Source: an uncultured Acidobacteriaceae bacterium
GTDB taxonomy: Bacteria > Acidobacteriota > Terriglobia > Terriglobales > Acidobacteriaceae
DNA length: 64,000 bases
NCBI GenBank assembly: GCA_964252395.1
Contig: CAXUMX010000002.1
Location: 74,437 to 138,436, forward strand
Direction: 5' to 3'
Part shown: positions 16,597 through 26,681 of the stretch, piece after piece
Position numbering within the stretch: the stretch's first letter is position 1
Layout: each line of letters opens with the position of its first letter
Program-made: the position numbers and the translations under genes
The notes under the pieces: generated by a model
What the model saw: only the letters and a program-made list of their open reading frames with translations
What the model was told of the DNA's origin: nothing
The model's database searches: none

Positions 16597-18237
16597 TTAG
16601 TGCATGGCAGCTTTGCCACCCTTTACCTTCTTCATCAGAAAGGGCAGCGGGATCATGCAAAGCGACGCGACGGCGAAGAGCTCGATGATATCCACGTAGG
16701 AGAGCACCGCAGCCTGACGCTGCAGTTGCTCGTAGAGGCGCAGCATGGAAGCGGCGCCCGTCCCTGCGCCGGAGAAGCCTCTGCCCATCAGTGCATGCTG
16801 CAGGCCGTTGCTGGACTGCAGCATGGGCATGGAGCCGGCCACGCTGTGCGCGCCCAGGTAGGTCTGGTGGCTCTGGGAGTGGCGTGCCAGCAACGTGGCG
16901 ACCAGCGCTGTACCCACCGAACCGCCGATGTTGCGCGCCAGGTTGGTCAGTCCGGAGACATCGTTGTTTCGCTCCGGCGCCACCCCGACATAGGCCAGTG
17001 TCTGGATGGGGATGAATAGGAAGCCCAGGCCCATGGCCTGGAAGAAGCGCAGGCGTGCTGCGTATCCGAAGCTCATGCCCAGGTTGATGCTGGTCATGTG
17101 AAAGAGTGCGACGGCCGTGATGGTGAAGCCGAACGCGAGCAGGATGCGCGGGTCGACACGGCTGATCAGGATGCCGACCACAGGCATGCACATCAATGTT
17201 GCAAGGCCGCCTAGTGAGAGCGTCTCCCCTGCACTGGTGGCGGTGTAGCCCATCAGCGTCTGCAGCATCTGCGGTATCAGCACCGTCGTTCCATAAAGCG
17301 CGATGCCCAGAATGAACATCATCAAAAAAGAGAGCGCAAAGGTGCGGCCGCCGAACAATCGCAGGTCGATGATGGGCTTGTGGCCGCGCCGGATCTGCAG
17401 CAGCTCCCAGGTAATCAGTGAGACCATTCCGATGACAGTGACGGCGATAAAGAAGACGATGAAGTGCGAGCCGAACCAATCGTCCTCCTGCCCCTTGTCG
17501 AGCACCACCTCCAGGCCGCCGAAGGCAATGGCGGTCAGCGCAAAGCCGAGGTAGTCGATTGGGATCTCGCCTCTCCGAGCGCGCGCTACCTCTTTCTGCA
17601 AGTGCGGCGGATCTTCCACGATGCGATTGGTCAAAAAGAGCGAGATCAGCGCGACCGGTACGTTGATGAAGAAGACCCAGCGCCAGGAGTAGTTATCCGT
17701 AATCCAGCCGCCGACCAGCGGTCCTACGGCCGGCGCGGTGACTACGGCAAGTCCATAGAGCGCGAAGGCCTGTCCGCGTTTGGCCGGCTCGAATGTATCG
17801 GCCAGGATGGCCTGCTCCGATGTGGCCAGGCCGCCGCCTCCCAATCCCTGGAGCACGCGGAAGAACAGGAGCAGGGGGAGCGAGGGCGCGAAGCCGCACA
17901 GCAGCGAACTGGCGCCGAACATCGCGACGCACAGCATGTAGAAGCGCTTGCGTCCGATGAAAGTCGCCAGGTATCCGCTGATGGGGAGGATCACAGCATT
18001 CGACACCAGGTAGCTGCTGATGACCCACGTGGCCTCGCTCTGGCTCGCGGCCAGTGAGCCGGCGATGTGGGGGAGCGATACGTTGGCGATCGAGGTGTCC
18101 AGCACCTCCATAAACGTCGCCAGCGTCACGGTGAGTGCGATGGCCCAGGGGTTGCTGCGAGGCCTCCACACCTGTTGGGATCCAGCAGTCTGCGCGGGGC
18201 CGGCCATGTCCGCAAGAATAGCACTGGCGAGTACCAT
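16597..18237 (-). CDS. MFS transporter, DHA2 (EmrB/QacA-like, 14-TM) drug efflux family
   Basis: 546 aa, about 14 hydrophobic segments. N-terminal LDTSIANVSLPHIAGSL and GRKRFY motifs are typical of DHA2. Confidence 0.9.
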   Translation of the reverse strand: MVLASAILADMAGPAQTAGSQQVWRPRSNPWAIALTVTLATFMEVLDTSIANVSLPHIAGSLAASQSEATWVISSYLVSNAVILPISGYLATFIGRKRFYMLCVAMFGASSLLCGFAPSLPLLLFFRVLQGLGGGGLATSEQAILADTFEPAKRGQAFALYGLAVVTAPAVGPLVGGWITDNYSWRWVFFINVPVALISLFLTNRIVEDPPHLQKEVARARRGEIPIDYLGFALTAIAFGGLEVVLDKGQEDDWFGSHFIVFFIAVTVIGMVSLITWELLQIRRGHKPIIDLRLFGGRTFALSFLMMFILGIALYGTTVLIPQMLQTLMGYTATSAGETLSLGGLATLMCMPVVGILISRVDPRILLAFGFTITAVALFHMTSINLGMSFGYAARLRFFQAMGLGFLFIPIQTLAYVGVAPERNNDVSGLTNLARNIGGSVGTALVATLLARHSQSHQTYLGAHSVAGSMPMLQSSNGLQHALMGRGFSGAGTGAASMLRLYEQLQRQAAVLSYVDIIELFAVASLCMIPLPFLMKKVKGGKAAMH

Positions 18238-18276
18238 TTCCCAGAGGGCAGAACCAGGGGCGTCTATCCTAGGTTC

Positions 18277-19005
18277 ATGACATCACCGAGTGGGAGGCGG
18301 TCGCCATCGGCGGGACGGGGAAGACCGGCCGCGGCCGAGCAGGAGTCGCGCAATACGCGGTTACTGGACGCGGCGACGGCGACCTTCCTGGAGGAGGGCT
18401 TCGCCGGCGCACGAATGGATGAGATCGCTCGCCGTGCCGGCGCCTCCAAGCACACCCTCTACGCCCGCTATCCCACCAAGTCGAAGCTCTTCGCGGCGCT
18501 GATGGAGCGAAAGAGTGCGCAGGTGTTCGGCGCCATCGGGCCGCTGCGCCCGGAGCAGCCGGTCCAGGCGGTTCTGGAGCGCTTCGGCACCGAGCTGCTG
18601 GCCATGCTCCACACTCGTGAGGCCCGCGGACTACATCGGCTAGTGATCGCAGAGTGCCTGGAGTTTCCGGAGCTGGGGCGGACGTTCTGGAGACTTGGTC
18701 CGGGACGCGGCTACCGGATGCTGGCCGAGTACCTGCGGGAGCAGCAGGCGCGGGGAGAGCTGATCTGCGAAGACGTGGACCGTGCGGTCGAAGTCTGGTT
18801 CGGCCTGCTGGTGGGCAGCATCTCGCTGCGCCAGAACCTTCGCCTGCCATCCTTTCTGCACTCACGTTCGGAGCAGGAGGCCTGGGTGCGCTTTGTAGTC
18901 AAGTCGTTCACAGATCTTTTCCTGAAGACGCAGATACAATCTGGATTTGGACAGCCGGGTTCTGGTGCATCCGTATGCACCAGCGCGGCGGTAGAAGGAG
19001 AGTGA
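18277..19005 (+). CDS. TetR family transcriptional regulator
   Basis: HTH region LLDAATATFLEEGFAGARMDEIARRAGASKHTLYARYPTKSKLF. Divergent from the MFS gene with only a 39-bp spacer. I use the ATG at 18277 rather than the ORF-track start at 18067. Confidence 0.85.
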   Translation: MTSPSGRRSPSAGRGRPAAAEQESRNTRLLDAATATFLEEGFAGARMDEIARRAGASKHTLYARYPTKSKLFAALMERKSAQVFGAIGPLRPEQPVQAVLERFGTELLAMLHTREARGLHRLVIAECLEFPELGRTFWRLGPGRGYRMLAEYLREQQARGELICEDVDRAVEVWFGLLVGSISLRQNLRLPSFLHSRSEQEAWVRFVVKSFTDLFLKTQIQSGFGQPGSGASVCTSAAVEGE

Positions 19006-19011
19006 ATCACG

Positions 19012-19599
19012 ATGGCAGTCTCGACCATGGCCAGCACCCCGGCGCTTAGGACCATTCACCAGCAGTTGAAGACGCGGATGGAGAAGGCCGTGAATGACTT
19101 TCGGCAGAACCTTGCCTCCACGCGCACCGGCCGCGCCAATATCCAGATGCTGGACCATGTCAGGGTGGCGTATTACGGGTCAGAGATGCCACTGAATCAG
19201 GTGGCGCAGCTCTCGATTCCGGATGCGCAAACCATCCTGATTCAGCCGTTTGATCCCTCGGCAATCGCTGAGATCGAGAAGGGCATTCGCGTCGCGGACT
19301 CGAGCTTCAATCCGCAGAACGACGGCAAGGTGGTGCGCTTGAAGGTTCCGGCCATGACAGAGGAGCGTCGCCGCGATGTGGTGAAGCAATTGAACAAGGT
19401 CCTTGAGGAGCACCGCACCGGCATCCGCAACATTCGCCGTGATGGCAACGACGCCATTAAGAAAGCCGCCAAGGACAAGCAGATCTCTGAGGACGAAGAG
19501 AAGCGCGCCATCGACGAGGTGCAGAAGCTGACGGACGAAGAAATCCGCCGCATGGAAGAGCTCTCCAAGACCAAGGAAAAAGAAGTCATGCAGGTCTGA
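19012..19599 (+). CDS. frr: Ribosome recycling factor
   Basis: RTGRANIQMLDHVRVAYYG, and a C-terminal helical K/E-rich region typical of RRF. Confidence 0.95.
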   Translation: MAVSTMASTPALRTIHQQLKTRMEKAVNDFRQNLASTRTGRANIQMLDHVRVAYYGSEMPLNQVAQLSIPDAQTILIQPFDPSAIAEIEKGIRVADSSFNPQNDGKVVRLKVPAMTEERRRDVVKQLNKVLEEHRTGIRNIRRDGNDAIKKAAKDKQISEDEEKRAIDEVQKLTDEEIRRMEELSKTKEKEVMQV

Positions 19600-19773
19600 G
19601 GCCGAGACAAAGCTGAGCGAGGAATCAACCCAGTAACGGCTTTAGGAACATGGACTTGTGCTCCCGGGCCGCCTCCGTCTGGCCCCCCTCGCGCGCCGTT
19701 CGGCCTCCCATTGTTACCATTCAGCCCCCGTGGGTTCGCTGTTTATCCCCGGGGCACTAACCTCAGAGAGTGA

Positions 19774-19804
19774 GGGAGTCCCTGCCGAGGTTCGGCGGAC
19801 TCTC
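19774..19804 (+). promoter_or_regulatory. Extended GC-rich hairpin in the 298-nt leader of the radical-SAM gene
   Basis: GGGAGTCC-CT-GCCG-AGGTT-CGGC-GGACTCTC. The outer stem is 8 bp including one G-T pair; the inner stem is 4 bp. It lies ~95 nt upstream of the ATG at 19898. A second hairpin, ACCTGC...GCAGGT, is at 19827-19852. Confidence 0.3.
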
Positions 19805-19897
19805 GCGCCGTACTGCTGCAAACGTAACCTGCTTAGATAGACTCTGGCAGGTGTTCCGTTTCGGGAGCGCTGAGCCGATACCCACCAGGAGATTTGA

Positions 19898-21991
<2,094 letters not shown>

Positions 21992-22020
21992 CCACACCAG
22001 CAGAGAAGATGAAAGGGGTC

Positions 22021-22054
22021 GCCAGCAAATGGCGGCCCCTTGACATTTGCTGGC
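22021..22054 (+). terminator. Putative terminator hairpin after the radical-SAM gene
   Basis: Perfect 11-bp stem GCCAGCAAATG / CATTTGCTGGC with a 12-nt loop, 30 nt after the stop. It has no clear U-tract. Confidence 0.4.
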
Positions 22055-22242
22055 AATGCCATCGACTCAAGCGGACAGGTCAGCGTCGGTCTGCTGCTGC
22101 TGGCATTCGATCTGGATGTGCTCAGTGCCTCGCCAGAGATGGGCTGGTAGCCGCGGACCAGCGCTGGCGCGATAGCGAGCAGTTATCTCGTCATAAGCGG
22201 AACGGCATAGTCTCAATCAACGAAAGCGGGCGGCAGAAGTCG

Positions 22243-22713
22243 ATGGTGAGGCCAGGAGAACGCGGCGGTCCTTCCGAGGTGCAGCGCCCGGCGGCCACAG
22301 CTGCGCCTGCTGTGTACCTGATAGCGGTTTTCTTCACTGCGGAGTGGCTCTTTCTGTTCGGGCGTCTCGTGTATACGCTCGTCCACAGCGTTCCTACGCA
22401 GGCGCGGCTACGGTTCCTGCACAGCTCGGCGATGTATCCGCTGATCTTCTCTGAACTGAACGGGCTGTTCACTGTGGTCGCGGTGTGGCTGCTGGTCGGC
22501 AGCCGGCGCATCGGGCTGCGGTTGCTGCTCGCTTCGACCCTGCTGCTGCTCGGGCTCGGCGCCATCTCCTGGCCGCCGCTGATCGACCTCTACACGCGCA
22601 ACCACAACCCGGAGCTGCTTCGCGCGTTGGGACTGGGCGGCAGCAATTTGATCCTGCACCTGCTGGCTCTGTTGTACGCGTTTCGCCTGGATCGCCGCGG
22701 ACTGCTACGCTAG
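22243..22713 (+). CDS. Integral membrane protein (about 4 TM), unknown function
   Basis: Hydrophobic segments VYLIAVFFTAEWLFLF, LFTVVAVWLLVG, LLLASTLLLLGLGAI, LILHLLALLYAF. The ORF-track N-terminal extension from 22009 is not protein-like. Confidence 0.55.
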   Translation: MVRPGERGGPSEVQRPAATAAPAVYLIAVFFTAEWLFLFGRLVYTLVHSVPTQARLRFLHSSAMYPLIFSELNGLFTVVAVWLLVGSRRIGLRLLLASTLLLLGLGAISWPPLIDLYTRNHNPELLRALGLGGSNLILHLLALLYAFRLDRRGLLR

Positions 22714-22718
22714 CAGGC

Positions 22719-23255
22719 ATGACGCGGACGAAGCGGTTGGCACTACCGCTGTTGCTGGTCGGATGCGTAGCGTCCACCCTGCAGACGGGCTGTACGGTCT
22801 ACTCTGACAAGCAGCCGCCCACGTTGGCCACAACCACTAGTGCGGAGCAGGTGCAGCGCATCTTCTGGCAGAGCGTCGCCCAGGGGAAATGGATACAGGC
22901 CAATGCCCTGCTTGCTCCCACGGCAGTATGGCGAGTTGCCGGCCGCGTGATACCGCGGGACCAGATCATCCCCTGGCTGAAGTCCACCGGCGCGAAGGCG
23001 GCGCAGGTGACGGACGTGACCATCCAGCCGGCGGTGAACGACATGAACCTGGTCTACACGCTGCAGCTGCAGGGCGCTCATGCATCCGGAGGCGAGACAG
23101 GTTGTGGAAACCAGCCGCAGACCTGGAGTGCGCTCGCGGTCTGGCAGCAGCCCCAGCCCAGCCCGACCGCGGCAAAGAAGAACGACAAACAGTACAGCGG
23201 CTACCTGCTGACTGTGCACGACCTGACCCCGGCTGCGAATCGTGCCTGCCGCTGA
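22719..23255 (+). CDS. Lipoprotein, unknown function (possibly NTF2-like)
   Basis: MTRTKRLALPLLLVGC lipobox. ATG at 22719, 5 nt after the preceding stop. Confidence 0.7.
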   Translation: MTRTKRLALPLLLVGCVASTLQTGCTVYSDKQPPTLATTTSAEQVQRIFWQSVAQGKWIQANALLAPTAVWRVAGRVIPRDQIIPWLKSTGAKAAQVTDVTIQPAVNDMNLVYTLQLQGAHASGGETGCGNQPQTWSALAVWQQPQPSPTAAKKNDKQYSGYLLTVHDLTPAANRACR

Positions 23256-24288
23256 AGACCAGCTGATTCCCGGCTCCTCGGCTGCCATCCACCCGGTGCA
23301 GATGCGTGAGGCTCTGCTGACCTGGTACGGCGTCCATCGCCGCGATCTGCCCTGGCGTTCCACACGCGATCCATATCGCATTTGGGTTTCGGAGGTGATG
23401 CTGCAGCAGACGCGTGTCGCTGCGGTGCTGGAGCACTACCGCGCCTTCCTGGAAGCGTTTCCGACTGTTCAGGTGCTGTCGGCGGCAAGTGAGGCCGAGG
23501 TGCTGGCCCGCTGGAGCGGCCTAGGCTACTACCGCCGCGCGCGCATGCTGCACCAGGCAGCGCAGGTCATCGTGCGGGAGCATCAGGGCGTGATGCCGCA
23601 GACGGCGGAGGGTCTACGCGCGCTGCCTGGCTTCGGCGCCTACACCGCGGCTGCGGTGGGTAGCATCGCCTATGCATTGCCCGTAGCAGCCGTGGACGGC
23701 AATGTGGAGCGAGTGCTGGCGCGCATTGCGGGCTGGTCGGCGGCGGAGCGTGGTTTTGAAGCACAGGTGCGTGGGCTAGCGGCCGAGTTGGTTGACCCGC
23801 AACATCCAGGCGACTACAACCAGGCGCTTATGGAGCTGGGCGCAACGATATGCCTTCCGCGCCAGCCACTCTGCCTGCATTGTCCATGGCAACCATGGTG
23901 CCGCACGCGGGGCGAGCATACGATGCCGGCGCGCCGCCCCATGCAGCGCCAGCATAGCGACCGCGCGGCCTATCTGCGCGGTGAGTTTGGCGCGCAGCAG
24001 GTGCTCTTGGTTGAGCGCTCCCCACAGGCGAGCTTAATGGCTGGCATGTGGGAACTGCCGACTTACACACCACAGCCGGGCGAGGCGGCGGCCTTCACGG
24101 TGCGGCATGCCATCACGGTTACGAATCACGTGATCGCTATCTACACGCCCCGGGTTACAGACACGCCTGACCAGGCCATGGCCGAGGGCCGGTGGATCCA
24201 CACAGAGCAGCTCGATCAGCTGGCCCTGACCGGCCTGACCCGAAAGGTGTTGCGGCGCTTGGGCTGCATGCCACAAAAGAAGGCCTGA
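23242..24288 (+). CDS. mutY: A/G-specific adenine DNA glycosylase
   Basis: LLTWYGVHRRDLPWR, VSEVMLQQTRV, the Fe-S cluster loop CLPRQPLCLHCPWQPWC, and a C-terminal NUDIX-like domain. The start is GTG 23242 or ATG 23302. Confidence 0.9.
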   Translation: MPAAEDQLIPGSSAAIHPVQMREALLTWYGVHRRDLPWRSTRDPYRIWVSEVMLQQTRVAAVLEHYRAFLEAFPTVQVLSAASEAEVLARWSGLGYYRRARMLHQAAQVIVREHQGVMPQTAEGLRALPGFGAYTAAAVGSIAYALPVAAVDGNVERVLARIAGWSAAERGFEAQVRGLAAELVDPQHPGDYNQALMELGATICLPRQPLCLHCPWQPWCRTRGEHTMPARRPMQRQHSDRAAYLRGEFGAQQVLLVERSPQASLMAGMWELPTYTPQPGEAAAFTVRHAITVTNHVIAIYTPRVTDTPDQAMAEGRWIHTEQLDQLALTGLTRKVLRRLGCMPQKKA

Positions 24289-24397
24289 CCGGGTCTTTGC
24301 ATCGCTGCTGAGCCAAGCTGCGCCGCGGCTGTACACCGCCCTAGAGATGCTCTAGGCTGATGCTTTGACGATCGCCGGCACCCCACTGGAGTTCTGC

Positions 24398-26101
24398 ATG
24401 ACGCGCATCCCTCTCCTCGTCGCAGTCGCACTTGCGGTTGCGCCGATGCCTCTGCTGGCGCAGGCCAGCTCCGCTTCTTTGCCACCAGTGCCGCAGGTGG
24501 CCGGTGTTCCCGCCGCAGCGCAACACGCTGCACAGCAGATCGACCCGGAGAAGATTCGCGCTGCGGTAAAGTATCTGGCCAGCGACAAACTCGAAGGCCG
24601 TGGGGTGGGTACGGAGGGCGACCACCTGGCGTCGAAGTACATGGCCAATCAGTTCGCCGCGTATGGTCTGAAGCCGGCGGGCGACAACGGCTCCTGGTAT
24701 CAGAAGGTTCCCTTGTACGCGGTGCACACCACTGCGGCGCAGACTACCTTTCAACTGGTACCCGCCAAGGGTGAGCCGCTGACGCTGAAGTACGGCATGG
24801 ATTACGTGACCAACAATCAGACGGGCACGCCCACCGCGGACATCGACGCTCCCATCGTCTTCGTCGGCTACGGCATCCGTGCGCCCGAGTACGACTGGGA
24901 CGATTACAAGGGTGTGGATGTGAAAGGCAAGGTGGTGCTGGTGATAGTGAACGAACCACCTTCGGAGAAGGACTCATTCTTCAAAGGCAAGGCGCTCACC
25001 TACTACGGCCGCTGGACTTACAAGTTTGAGGAGGCAGCGCGGCAGGGTGCGATCGGTGCGCTGATCGTGCATCGTGAGGACCTGGCCAGCTACCCTTGGC
25101 AGGTGGTGCGCACCTCGTGGTCTGGCGAGAAGAGCTATCTGGTTGGCGACCCCAATGCAAAGCTTCTGGCGGCGAGCTGGATACAGAGTGATATGGCGGA
25201 CAAGATGGCGCAGTCCTCCGGCTACGGCATCGATGCGGTGATTGGAGAAGCCGGCATCCACCCTATCTCCCGTGAGCTGAAGTGGCGACTCAAGGCGCAT
25301 GTGGTAAGCGAGAAACGCGCCTTCGAATCGGAGAACGTCATCGGCATGGTGGCTGGCCAGTCCGCTGGGCCAGAACAGTCGGTTCTTTACACCGCGCACT
25401 TTGATCACTTGGGCATTGACCGGAATGCGAAGGGCGACGCCATCTTCAACGGCGCCGTTGATAACGCTACCGGGTGCGCGATCCTGCTGGAGTTGGCACG
25501 CGCGTTCGCCGATGCTTCCAAGGCAGGCACGCCGCCTCCGCATCGAGTCTACTTCGCTTCGGTCACCGCGGAGGAGCAGGGGCTGCTGGGTTCGCAGTAC
25601 CTCGGCTTGCACCCGCCTGTACCCACACACGATCTGACTTTGGACCTAAATTACGACGCGCTGCTGCCGGTGGGTATACCCAAGTCCGTTGAGCTCCTGG
25701 GCGCGGAGCGGACCACCTTCTACCCCACCGTCGAGAGCACGGCGAAGGCGTTCCAGCTTGAGCTTGAAATGGACCCGTTCCCCGGCGCAGGCCACTACTA
25801 CCGGTCAGATCATTTCTCGCTGGCTCGATACGGGATCCCTGCTTTCTCGGTGAACCAGGGAACGCAGTTCCAGGGTCACGACAGCGCCTGGGGTGAAGAG
25901 CAGATAAGGGACTACACCGCCAAGCACTATCACCAGCCCAGCGATGAGTACGTGCCGGAGATGGACTTCCGCGGCAACGCGCGTATGGCGCAGTTCGGTT
26001 TCGACCTGGGATGGCTGGCGTCAGCAGCGCCTTCAGCCGTAGGCTGGCAGGCGGGGGACGAGTTTGAGACGCCGCGCAAGAAGAGCTTCATCGGCCAGTA
26101 A
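24398..26101 (+). CDS. M28 family metallopeptidase with PA domain
   Basis: Signal peptide MTRIPLLVAVALAVAPMPLLAQA. Zinc ligand regions HFDHLG, NGAVDNATG, TAEEQGLLGS and HYHQPSD are present. Confidence 0.88.
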   Translation: MTRIPLLVAVALAVAPMPLLAQASSASLPPVPQVAGVPAAAQHAAQQIDPEKIRAAVKYLASDKLEGRGVGTEGDHLASKYMANQFAAYGLKPAGDNGSWYQKVPLYAVHTTAAQTTFQLVPAKGEPLTLKYGMDYVTNNQTGTPTADIDAPIVFVGYGIRAPEYDWDDYKGVDVKGKVVLVIVNEPPSEKDSFFKGKALTYYGRWTYKFEEAARQGAIGALIVHREDLASYPWQVVRTSWSGEKSYLVGDPNAKLLAASWIQSDMADKMAQSSGYGIDAVIGEAGIHPISRELKWRLKAHVVSEKRAFESENVIGMVAGQSAGPEQSVLYTAHFDHLGIDRNAKGDAIFNGAVDNATGCAILLELARAFADASKAGTPPPHRVYFASVTAEEQGLLGSQYLGLHPPVPTHDLTLDLNYDALLPVGIPKSVELLGAERTTFYPTVESTAKAFQLELEMDPFPGAGHYYRSDHFSLARYGIPAFSVNQGTQFQGHDSAWGEEQIRDYTAKHYHQPSDEYVPEMDFRGNARMAQFGFDLGWLASAAPSAVGWQAGDEFETPRKKSFIGQ

Positions 26102-26681
26102 GTGCCCTGCGATTGTCGGGGCTGCAGCAGGCGCGATAGTGCTGCTGGCCGGCGCGTGTGCCGCCCAGCCGGGTATGCGGCAGCAGGCTGATGCGCCTCG
26201 CTTGGCTCGATCGACGACCCCGCGACTGCTGCGCCGCGCGGCGGAAGAGAGCACCCAGCCGCAAGGCGACTTTCAGCCCGGCCGATGCGATCTGCCGGAC
26301 GAGGCCTCCGGCACCTACGCGCTTAGCCCCGATCCGGGCGAGATCATAGAGATGATCCTGAATGGTCAGGGCGAAGACTGCCGGCTTGAGGGGTATCTGA
26401 CGCGGTTGGGAGATGGCGAGTCGGACCGGGGCGCAACCCTGACCTACTTCTTCCAGCAGAGCAGTGTGTCGCCCAACCAGCTGCAGTTCACCACCCGTCT
26501 GGTGCACGGCGTGTGGTGGAGCTTCAGCGGACGCATCGACCGTGGCAGTGCGGCCAGAGGTGGCGAGAAGGGCCTTTACTTCCTGAACGGAACGCTGATG
26601 GAGCACTTTGACAGCGGGCCGGCGCAGGCCCGGCGCGTCAGTCTGCCTTCGCTGCCCCAGGGGTCACGACCGCTTCGGTGA
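26064..26681 (+). CDS. Hypothetical secreted protein
   Basis: Coding-like codon usage across 26250-26600 with no recognisable motif. It overlaps the M28 gene end by 38 nt and the convergent permease gene end by 44 nt, so its boundaries are uncertain. Confidence 0.4.
   Translation: MRRRARRASSASKCPAIVGAAAGAIVLLAGACAAQPGMRQQADAPRLARSTTPRLLRRAAEESTQPQGDFQPGRCDLPDEASGTYALSPDPGEIIEMILNGQGEDCRLEGYLTRLGDGESDRGATLTYFFQQSSVSPNQLQFTTRLVHGVWWSFSGRIDRGSAARGGEKGLYFLNGTLMEHFDSGPAQARRVSLPSLPQGSRPLR

Noticed and set aside
19761-19845. SAM-I riboswitch look-alike (CAGAGAGTGAGGGAGTCCCTGCC ... CTTAGATAG).
   Set aside because: It lacks the GGCAACC and GGTGC.AA.TCC elements and a convincing P1/P3/P4 arrangement. 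I kept it only as an unclassified structured leader in the findings.
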